Positions 52,901 through 63,329 of a stretch of DNA of 64,000 nucleotides are shown here, piece after piece. The stretch is taken from NCBI GenBank assembly GCA_965112155.1, contig OZ218101.1; one strand, given 5' to 3'. Source of the stretch: Podarcis liolepis (lineage: Eukaryota). Position 1 is the stretch's first letter. The number at the start of each line of letters is the position of its first letter. The position numbers and the translations under genes were made by a program. Below the pieces are notes generated by a model. The model saw only the letters and a program-made list of their open reading frames with translations, did no database searches and was not told the origin of the DNA.

Positions 52901-55029
52901 CCAGGAGTTCTATAGTTAAAATGAAAAAGCAAAGAAGGCAGGACAGCCTTACTGTATGCCTCTTTGCAGCTGAATTACAGCAGCGATTCAGCCGCTGGAA
53001 ATCACCTTAGAAACTGGTGATAAATATAACATTTTGACACCCTTAATAAATGTGGTAGGAAGAGTGAATGCATGAATGCTGGCAAAAAGAGGGGTACTAA
53101 ATTTGATATGTATTTTTTAATTGCACCCAGTACCATTATTATAGCTGTGTATGTGCGAGGGGCTGTTGATTAGAGACCCAAGCATGCAAGTAAAGCCAAA
53201 GATATGAAGGGCATAGGAGCGATAAAAGCAGAATTTCCCATACAAAATTAATGCAGCACTCCCCCATCCCCAAATGACCACAGGTTTTTAGTATAGAGTA
53301 AATGTTGCCTTTTACATTGCTGTGCATATCACTACCTGGCTTGTTTTCTTGCGCCCACAGCCCCAATTCCTACTCAATGCAGCAGTCATCTACGCATGCA
53401 CAATGGATGCCTAAAATGTAAACACCTTGCCTTAACTATGGCTTATGGTTTCAAATGGTTTGGAAGCTGTTTTGAGGAAAAGCACATAATAAAGAAACAA
53501 CAGAGTAAAGATGAATTGTGGCTAACTTACTGTGTACTGAGGTTCAAACACCAGCAGTAGGAGAGCACTGGAGTCTGAGTAAATACACAGCCTACCTTGC
53601 AAGCAGAAACAAGCTAAGTACATTAGGATGCCATTTATTTTGCAATGACATGGTGTTTGAACTCAGATACGTGATGAAACAGATCCAGGCAAAAGGGCAT
53701 TGTTGGGTACTTAGAAGATGCGGAGGCATAAAATTTGCATATGCTCATTAATATGTATAGGTGCAAATTTAGGCCAACTTTCAGAGGGGAGAAAACAAAC
53801 TGGCCCTTGCTCTCAGGGCATACTCTCTAAGCTGTTGGGACTTATTATCACGTAAGTGTATAGGAGTGCAGCCCTGTGGCACCATCCTGTGCATGTTTAT
53901 GCAGCATTAAATCCTGAGCTCAGTGGGATTTACTCCCTAGTCATTATATTTAGGGTTGAATTGCAACTTAAGTGCTTTTTTTTTTTACACGTTCTCTGAT
54001 AAAATTCTTAACGCATATACAGTACCAACCCAACTGAAATATTTAGTATTAAATGAAGAGGATGTATAAGATACTGTGTTAGTTAAGCAAAATGAATAAC
54101 GTATGCAACCTTTTCCCATTGTTTTAATCTGGAGCTCTAAAATTGGAAACTTCATTTTTTCTGTCTTCCTTTGTATACAGAGAGACTTGCAAATGAGTTT
54201 CAACAATAATCATGTGGCATATCACAGTTTACTTGATGCAGTTGGGTCTCTGTGCGATTCTCATCACTAATGAAGACACCAGAGATTAACTGCTAAGGGA
54301 TTCAGTTATGAAGAACATGTTTTTATTATCAAATGTGAAGACTTCTGAATGCACGGAGGAATCAATAGACTTTGAAATAAAGCCTGATTATGAAATAAAG
54401 AGTATAAAAACAAACTTAAGGTGCAGATGAGCACTGCTTCATTTAGCTATACTGTATACATGTTCATTTGATATATTTCCTGTTATATATCTGCTCCTAA
54501 GATGGAGTGGATGTCACAAGGGACCCTGCATGAGTTTAATGGGGTCTGGACCAATGGCCCCTCCATTGCCTGCTCCCTCAGGTTCACAGCACAGTGAGGG
54601 GGCAGACCTCTCAGTGTATAAGGGTGTATCAGGCAGCCATTTTGGAGAGAGAGATGAGGGAAAGATCGGGATGTTGAGGGTGGAATGTGGAGGATGCAGT
54701 TCATTTATGCAGGGCAGGGCTTACTTGCCCTCCCCCAATACTGTATTCAAGTTGGCACCCCTGGGTGGGTGGAACAGAGGCAGAGCACAACCCTTGGACC
54801 CCCTTGTAAGTTGTTTTGAATATATTCTCAATGGTTTTAAATATATATTTACAATATTTGTTTCTGGGTAGATTTTTTTAATGTTTCCTCTTTAAAATCG
54901 ACCTGGAAATAGGATGTGACAGACTTAGACCCACCCTCTCTAAGAATAAGGACAGTCTGAACTTCAGTGGGTGTCTATGATTGGACATTGGGTTTGGGGC
55001 AATTACAGATGCCCCAAAGATTTTGTGTG

Positions 55030-55150
55030 TCTGATGAAGTGGGCTCTAGTCTGCAAAAACTAATGCCACCATAAATCTGTCTTGAAGATGTCCTAATACT
55101 TTTTGTTGGTTTTGTTGCAACAGCCTAACATGGCTACCCTTCTGGAATTT
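55030..55150 (+). mobile_element. Penelope-like element terminal fragment
   Basis: CTGATGAAGTGGGCTCTAGTC...ATAAAT...GTTGCAACAGCCTAACATGGCTACCCTTCTG; second copy at about 56335-56430 (AAGGTGCCACAAGACTC...AGACTAA). Family recalled from reptile consensus features. Confidence 0.55.
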
Positions 55151-56106
55151 TCCCATCGCATGCTGATTATTATAGCTGAACATTTTCTATGGTAGGAAAT
55201 TCCCCCGTTATTCATGTATTTGTGCCTTTATTTTGCCAATCAGAAGTGCCAGTTGACATTTCACATGCCGAGAGACTCATCCTTATCTTCTGAATTTCCA
55301 TTTTGGTCTGCATGCACACTTTCATGAGAGAGCTATTTTAATCACAGCCCTCAATTCACCTTCACTTCAACTTTTGAGCACAAGTTACCAAGACTGCCAC
55401 ACTGTGGTTTATGGAGCAACGAGTCTGCAAACGTGTCTGAAGCAAAGCAAAGCATTGCCAAAAGTGATGCTAATTCATCACTGACTGCTGCCACTTCAAC
55501 AAAATGTTTACTCCTTGTCTACACTCTTGGCTCTTTGCTGACTCCTTGATTTTCAGACAGACAGAGATATTTCTCTGAAGTGGAAACAGATTTCATTATT
55601 ATTATAGGATGATTTTTACATATCACTGAGAAACCTGATTTCCTTACATGATAATTGCAGCTTGCAATTCAATTTCTTTCTCTCTGAACTACTAATTTCT
55701 CCTTATTCTGTATCTATGAACAAACCAGTTCCTGTAATTTACTTGAATTGCAAACAAGGTTTGCAGATGTTTTAAATATATCTTGCCTATCATATCATCA
55801 TTTTCCTTTATGTTTTAAATATAAATTTAGTGACAGGTGCTTATGTCATTCATATATATATATATATATACACACGTATATATATCCCGAACAAATAAGC
55901 TATAACACAAAATACACTACAGTAATATATATGGTAACTTGCACACAAACAAATTAAAACACAAACGTACACACATACACCATGGAAGAAGAAGTTGACA
56001 TGCAGAAGGAACTTATTTGTCACTGGTTATATTGCCGGCATCAGATTGCTCTAATGCCTGCATATTAAAATCCAAACAAAGAGCCATGCAAATTGCTGCC
56101 ACTGGT

Positions 56107-56123
56107 TAGTTGCCTAGCAACTA
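56107..56123. promoter_or_regulatory. RFX X-box (GTTGCCTAGCAAC) in a 17-bp near-palindrome
   Basis: TAGTTGCCTAGCAACTA, with octamer ATGCAAAT at 56086-56093 and SOX-like AACAAAG at about 56075-56081 just upstream. Confidence 0.55.
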
Positions 56124-59100
56124 TACAGTGAGTACTGAAAACAAAGTACTGTCATACTACACTACCATGCTGAGCTTGAAACAAAGCCTATAGTACGACT
56201 TGTGAAACACTATAAATCTGAAATATTTAAAAGGGTTGACCAAAAAAAAAAAGATATTTTGAGACTCTCTTGATTTTACAAATTTTCCTCAAGGGAATGG
56301 GCTCACAAGTAATGCCATTACAAATACTGTAATAATTTATGCCCTCCCAAATGTGTTTATCTTAAAGGTGCCACAAGACTCTTGTTTTTGTTGCTGCAAA
56401 AGACTAATGGAGTTATTTCTTTGGAAACTGTAATATGAGAAAGATTTAGGGCTATAGCTCACATCTCCCATCCATGATGCCCCTGTCTACAGGCAGCAAG
56501 CAAGCAATATTGCTATGCTTGTACACCTACTGTTTACTCCTGTTATGTCTCTTTTTGTGCAGGTGTAAAAATGGAGCCTTGTATATGCACGTGGAATTTT
56601 GTTGTTCTTAATGCTCCTAGGGAGGCTGTGGCAGGGGGAGGATCAGACAAACCACAGTGATCCTGTACGTGATTAGAGTTTTAGCATATATACTTTAAAA
56701 ACAACAACAGTCTTAGGTCACTTCCAGACTCTTGCATGGATCTCTCACCCATTTGGGGAGATGCTGGAATATGTCCTTTGCACAAGAAAGGGCGCCTTCA
56801 TAATCCACCCCCAAGAAAGCGACTACGTTGTGACAAATTAGGGATTAAGGAGAACTTCAGTGTGGTTCACATTTTAACGTGACCCAACCTAATTTGCACT
56901 TCTAGAAACCAAATGCAAACTGAAACCCAGCTCTCCTTTGAGTTTCACAGTTGTCTGAATTTTACGATGTAGTTCTCCAGCTGATAAATGTGGATAAAAA
57001 TGTGCATATTAGGGGAAGGTGTTCCTAATAATGAGTATTTGGGAAAACTTGCATTACGTTAAGATAAGTTGCTTGTAAAAATCTATATAGTAGGAAAAAT
57101 TGGCACTAAAAACGTTGACAATTTTTCATGAGAACTTAAAAATAATTCACATATTGATGTGAAGATGTGGAGAACTGAACTGAACCAAAGAGAAACCAAA
57201 ATCGAGAGGTTCAGCTACCACTGTGATAAAGACGAATGGAACTGCAATGGTGTAACAAATTCACTTCCTCCCCAAAGCACACTTTTTTGCACTAAGCAAA
57301 GTGATGAGAAAAAGGAAGTGTGGGATAACTACTGCATGAAGGCAATGTTCTATAACCACTGCACCATTTTTTATTTTTTAGTGCAAGGATGAATGTACAA
57401 TAGGTAGGTTGTCTGGAAATGTCCTTGTACAGACAAATACTCAGAAGGAAGGCACATGATGGCTGGGGTAGGAATAGAATCTTGTGGCATCCAGAGGTTT
57501 TTGGACTACATTGACAATACTGGCTGGTGCTGATGGGAGTTGGAGTCCAGCAACATCTGGAGGTCCTCAAGCACCCCGCTCCAGCTCTATACCATCAGCT
57601 TTGAGCCACCATTGCATCACTTGTCTTTTCTTGCAGCAGCCAATGCAGTTGACTGCACCCTGATTCTCTTTTCCCCTTGACCTCCAGGACAGATTCTGGC
57701 AGCTGTCTTGTCAAGCCAATTACTTTGGACAGGAATCTGGCAGGAAGCCTTGCTTGTTTCTGCCCCTCTGCACTTTACACAAGCCTCCAAGAAACAGTAG
57801 GCCTAAATGTAGCTCTCTAGTGATGGAAAAGAGACAAAGCCTGCAGAACTGGATGCAAGGTCACCTTATTATAACACAGCTTGGCAAGGCTCATTTAAGA
57901 AATGAAGGCACAGTACAGTACCTGGTTACAGTCAGAATTAGAATATTTGTCTGCTTGATGCATTTGCTTCAGCTTTCAGAAGAAGGAAGAGCACAATGTG
58001 CTGGCACCACTCGTCACCTAAGTGTTGCTGTAACTATGGGGATGAAATATACCGAAGTATATTTATGGAAGAGAGAGATTTCTGTGCAGTTTCCCAAAAG
58101 CACAGGCTGACTGAAGTATGAAGAGATCTCTTACTCGCTTGCACAGGACTGCTGAAATTAAGATGCGAAGACTGAATCCCCCCCCCCCAAGCAAGTTGCT
58201 GATATTCCTCCACTTGACTTAATATATTTTGTCTGCAAAGCTGCAAATATCACCCTGACATAGATCACTTTTGCTAGCTGTTTTACAAGATCACTTCCTA
58301 GAAAATACATATAGGAGTTTCTAGACTCTAGATTATATTCTCTAGGGGAGGTGTGGTGAACCTTTGGTTCTCCAGATGTTGCTAAACTACAGCTCCCAAA
58401 GTCTTTGGGCGCTGGTCTTGCTTGCTGGTTTCTGATGGGAATGGTAGTTCAGCAACACCGGGAGGGCCTAACATTCCTTGCACCTTTCCAAGGGCATAAG
58501 GAATCTGATTTCGACTGCAGACTGATTTTGGTTTGCTAGACAAGCAACAGCTCCTTCATTTTAATGAATCTTGGGTTGCCCCTGGAAGAGGAGACTGGAC
58601 ATTTGATGGCCATGAACAGTTCTCATGAATAGAGGACAAAGGAACATAAATGATTCCCATTCCAACTTGAGAAATATCCCTGGATTACTAACCCACCCCC
58701 CCACCAAAAGGGGAAGGGACTAGTATTTATTTTGCTCAAAGCAACCATACTGAATTCCACATTATGATTTGCTTGTACTGAGTATATGAGTAGGGATAAG
58801 CAATTTTTTTTGGTTTTTATTTTATGATTGTAATGTACGTAGTACTATTTTTATAACCCATGCTGTAACCATTTGGTGAAAGGCAGATAATTATTTCACA
58901 AACATGAAACCTGTGATGTTTTAAACTGCAATTCTTATGCGACTTTTGAAAGTGTATGTGTGTGTGTGTCAGGGGTTGGAATTGCAAAGATCACAAACTA
59001 GATCACACTTGCACAAAAACAGCAAGAGCCAACCAAATATTTCAGATCTAGATTGCACCTCCAAGCATGCATGGTAGATACATGTTTTATGGTGTGAGTG

Positions 59101-59165
59101 TCCACTAGGAGGATCTGTACAAAGAAGTTAACATCTTTGGTGAGGATTTAGTCAGTGTGTACATA

Positions 59166-59182
59166 AGCGCCATCTGGTGGTG
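59166..59182 (-). promoter_or_regulatory. CTCF consensus motif
   Basis: Minus strand reads CACCACCAGATGGCGCT, a close match to the CCACCAGRKGGCGC core. Motif only; no binding data. Confidence 0.6.
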
Positions 59183-59904
59183 TTTATTAATATTAATTCA
59201 GTATGTATTTTCTGTACATTAATTTGATTTAGCAAGCTGGCCATTGCTATTCTTTTGTTCAAACAACAATAAAAAGCACATCAGTATAGCATAAGATGTA
59301 TGCAAAATTTTCTAAAATATTATCCGTAATGTGATTAATAAAATGAAATAAAAAAGTGGTTAAGGAAACAAAAGATGTTATAAGGGATTAAGATTGCAAT
59401 CTTTTCTGCATTTCCTTGAAAATATGTCTTAACTGAATTCAGTGAAACTTCCTTCTGAGTAGACACAGATAGGAGTGCACTGTTAATCACTTTGATCCAA
59501 CTCAATAGTAACCTTTCAGATTACTTATAAGTATTTAACAGAATGATCTATATATCAAATATATATATATGTATGTTGTCTTCAGAGCAACACTATTCAA
59601 ATATGTTCAGATGTATTAACCTCTTTGCTCATCTTCTTCCTCTTGTATCCACTTCCTTAAATCTATGAGTTAATAAGTAGCAGTATTATTCCTGTGTGTG
59701 TATCACAGTCTTCATAACCAAATGCTTCACAGTAGTCGAGTCTGAGCCTGTTTATCAAATGTAAGCTTCCTGTTTTCAAATACAGATTTTCTTTCTATAT
59801 TTGCTGGTAAAGGGTATAAAGGATTATACCCGCCGACAACAATTCTGAGCTGATTCCTAAACCAACATTTCGCCTCATATACTTACTGTTACAAGTTAGT
59901 GTAT

Positions 59905-60343
59905 TGTTACGAGTTGTGGGGGTAGGCTGTATGCTTAAGCCCCCTTTAAATTCCTTGATCCAGCAAGTGTTAATATCTAAGCAGATGACAAATGCCTCCC
60001 TCTTCAACTCGCTGGTAGTTAGAGAGACAAAGGCTAGGGTTGAGGTGTATGTGTGGTAGAAAAGCTAGAAGCCGGCTAGCTGTAGGCTGGGCAGCTAAGA
60101 GACAGGGTTATACCTAATTTCTGTTGGAATCCAAGACTGTGGATTCCTTCAGAGAAGCAAGACGCTCTTGGGGTGGTAATGCTGTGAACCCCTCTGTCGT
60201 AGGCTCAGATTATATATATGTGTGTGTGTAAGTAAACCATATATCCTAAAGACACCACAGCCTCCGCTGTCCGACATTCTGAAGGAAACATGAACCCTGC
60301 CTAAGTGACTGGGACCCCTGGAAGATTGAGGAGGCGTGCAACA
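59905..60343 (+). mobile_element. Solo LTR (439 bp) with 4-bp TSD
   Basis: GTAT|TGTTAC...GCAACA|GTAT; TG...CA termini with a short inverted repeat. AGTAAA poly(A)-like signal at about 60231 suggests plus orientation. Confidence 0.8.
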
Positions 60344-60816
60344 GTATGAATTCATGGGAATAACTCAGTTTAATAGGTTATCCACATCATTTCATCCCGA
60401 GACAACCATAGTGAACCACAGCTAGTTTTCCCTCAGTATTTTTGTTTGATTCATCTCACTCACAAGATCATGTCAAAAAGTAGCAAATCTCTATAGAATT
60501 ATTCCAGTCTCTATTTTGATAGCTTGCAAATTTCAGAATTAGCAGATTAGCAGAGGAATTACTTCTCCCAGGCTTGAATCTCCAACCTGAATAAAGTGTA
60601 TTCAGTAATAGAAATCTTACTCTTCTACGCTAGGTGCTTGCAGAACTGTAGACCAGACTGCTTTACTAGCTTTATAAACTGCCTTTTGGAGCTAACAGGA
60701 TTACAGACATGGACCCAGGCACAAAAGGAAAGGAAAGTTACCTGAGGAAAACTAAAAGATAATGGGAATAAATTACACACATCAATTGCCAAAGCACTAA
60801 ACATTTAAGAAACCAT

Positions 60817-61652
60817 CCCCAGCATAGCATATTACATTGCCAACCAAATACACCAAAATGCTGGAAGGGTGCACCTCCACAGGCACATACCTACACACGT
60901 GGCGGGAGTGCCCCAAAATCCAACTATTCTGGACAACAGCCATACGAGAAATATGTAAAATAACTAAGCAAGTATTAGACATCACCTCAGAATTGGCCCT
61001 ACTAAACATCTTCCAAGAAAACAATGCCCATTTACACCACAAAGAACTCATAACCCACCTACTTTCAGCAGCCAGAAACACCATAACCAGACACTGGAGA
61101 GACCTGTCGGGAGTAAGCATGGACCAATAGTAACAAATAGTATGGGAAATAGCCTACTAGAAAAATTAACCAACAAACTGAAACTGACACGGGGACAAAC
61201 AGAAGAAGACGCCTTTACCCCGGTATGGCTCCCCTTTATCACATACACAGCCCAACAAGACAATGACAATAATCCACCAACAGCATACAAATCAATACGG
61301 CTAACCTGATCCAAAACACCCACCCACCCCACTCACACACGAAAACAAAGATCACCACAGCCAATCACAAACAAACAACCACATCCTAGGCCAACCCCAA
61401 CCTCTCTCACCACCAAAGGAACACAAGTGAACAGCAGAGAACCTGCATGAGCAATGCTGACACCAAACCCTACATACATTAAGCAAAATAGAAATATCAC
61501 CACCCGACCCCCCCATCTCCCCCCACCCCTTTTCTTCCTAATGTCTCAACAAATGAAACTGATTTGTAAAAATGTTACATGGAAAAAATACGAGAGACAT
61601 TACACATACTTCTGTAAATCAAGAAACTCTTTAATAATAAAAAAGGAAAAAA
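60817..61652 (+). mobile_element. 5'-truncated L1-clade LINE with 18-bp TSD
   Basis: ORF2 CCHC knuckle (KCW, frameshift, GCTSTGTYLHTWRECPKIQLFW) with later stops; A-tail at about 61634-61655; TSD AAACATTTAA[G/A]AAACCAT at 60799-60816 and 61653-61670. Confidence 0.9.
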
Positions 61653-61659
61653 AAACATT

Positions 61660-61762
61660 TAAAAAACCATGCCTACATTCTGAGAACCTAAGCAACTACC
61701 TGCCAGTTGCTAATGTCCCCTTCTTGAGCAAGATTCTTAAGCAGGTGGTTGCTGATCAGATA
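61660..61762 (+). mobile_element. L2 reverse-transcriptase fragment (N-terminal piece)
   Basis: KKPCLHSENLSNYLPVANVPFLSKILKQVVADQI, resembling the LINE RT motif KKPSLD...NYRPVSNLPFLSKILERVV. Confidence 0.8.
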
Positions 61763-61994
61763 GTGACTCAGCTATACAGCAGCAAATATAACATTTTAAG
61801 TGTGTTTTAAGTGCATTATACAAATGTGACACTAGATGGCGATGGTGAGTTTATGGGAAATTCAATTTATTTTTCAAAATGCTTTTTTAAAAAAGCATTT
61901 GCACAGCATTTTTTTATATATATCTAGATTCCACCCCAGACACTTGTGGAGGAGACTAATGTGGGCCTGCTTTTGGCACAGAAACTGCCCTGGT

Positions 61995-62484
61995 TGCCTT
62001 TTCGGTAGTGCTGCCCACTCTGTGGACAGCAGTGGAGCATATGCCCGTGCTGCCCAGGAAGGGCGCGCTCCTGAGGGCGGCGTGGCACGGAGGGTGCCCT
62101 CCCAGGTGCAGGATAGCCACTCAGCACACCTTGCAGCTGGCGGCAGAGCAAGCCCTTACCTCGACAGCTCGGGGTAGGCTTGGGAGTTGTGGGTGGGTGC
62201 TGCACCAAATGTCACCCCCTCAGTGAGGGCACCCGGGAAGGTCCGTCCCCACTGCCCCCCTTCCTACACCCCTGTCTGTGGAACGCCCTCCCATCAGATG
62301 TCAAGGAATTTAACAACTATCTGACTTTTAGAAGACATCTGAAGGCAGCCCTGTTTAGGGAGGTTTTTAATGTTTGATGTTTTATTATGCTTTTAATTCT
62401 GTTGGGAGCTTCCCAGAGTGACTGGGGAAACCCAGCCAGATGGGCAGGGTATAAATAATAATACCTATTATTATTATTTTATTA
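61995..62484 (+). mobile_element. L2 LINE 3' end with (TTA)n-like tail, split by a hAT MITE
   Basis: GCCTTTTCGGTAGTGCTGCCCACTCTGTGGA, then the insert, then LWNALPSDVKEFNNYLTFRRHLKAALFREVFNV*, 3' UTR and ATT-rich tail. Confidence 0.85.
62027..62274. mobile_element. hAT-type MITE, 248 bp, perfect 8-bp TSD
   Basis: TCTGTGGA at 62019-62026 and 62275-62282; termini CAGCAGTGGAG and CTACACCCCTG. Confidence 0.85.
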
Positions 62485-62499
62485 TGACCTGTCAGTAGT

Positions 62500-62897
62500 A
62501 GTACAGAGGTACTCTATCTCTGTTAATGTTTCTCATACTATTAGTGGTTTTTGATACCCTCTACCATGGTTTCTTCCTGGAAAGCCTATCCGAGTTGTGG
62601 GTGGGTAGAACTGCTTTGCTGTGGTTCCAATCCTGCTTGGTTGGTTGTCTTCAACGGGTGATGCTTGGGGAGTGCTATTCGGCACCATGGGGTCCCTTGT
62701 TGTGGAGTCCCTCAGGGTTCAATTCTATCCCCCATGTTGTTTAATATCTATATGAAGCCACTGGGTGGGGTCATGCAGAATTTTGAGGTTTGCTGTCAGC
62801 AGTGTGCTGGTGGCACACAGCTCTACCTTTCCTTTACATCTGCAGGTGTGGCAGTGGATGTACTGGACCGTTGTCTTGCCTCAGTAACAGACTGGAA
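62500..62897 (+). mobile_element. L2 reverse-transcriptase core fragment (dead)
   Basis: VFDTLYHG...WFQSCL...CGVPQGSILSPMLFNIYMKPLG...QCAGGTQLY: the catalytic YADD has decayed to CAGG and a frameshift is present. Confidence 0.88.
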
Positions 62898-63329
62898 GAG
62901 TGTTCTGATTAAAGGCTCCCTGTTACATTCTGCTGACAACTAATGGAAACAAAGCATGAGAGTCTGACACGTCGCTTCTGAACCCATTGCATTTTTAAGG
63001 CAGTAAAACCTCAATATGTTTAGTTCTATGCAACTGCAGCTATACCCTCCCAAGTTTGAGTAATGAAAATGGGGGCATTTATCTATCAGAAGCCCGTCAT
63101 CTTCCTATGTCACAGTAGGAAGACTACTCCCCTCAGCTGCTGCACACATTTCTGAAGGCTCTTCTTCTCCTGCTCTGCGTTGCCTTCTTATGCTTGCAAG
63201 GATACCTGGGGAACCGCGGTTGCTGCTTGCTTCGAAAACCCACCCTAGCCAATATTGACTTTTATGGGATGAAATGGGCAACACTGAGGCTCCATTCGCG
63301 TTTCCTCTGGCACAACGTCCAGACCCTTT

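Noticed and set aside
57159-57392. Cys/Trp-containing 77-aa ORF
   Set aside because: Begins within a degenerate repeat, uses a non-ATG start and has no coherent splice signals or recognisable domain.
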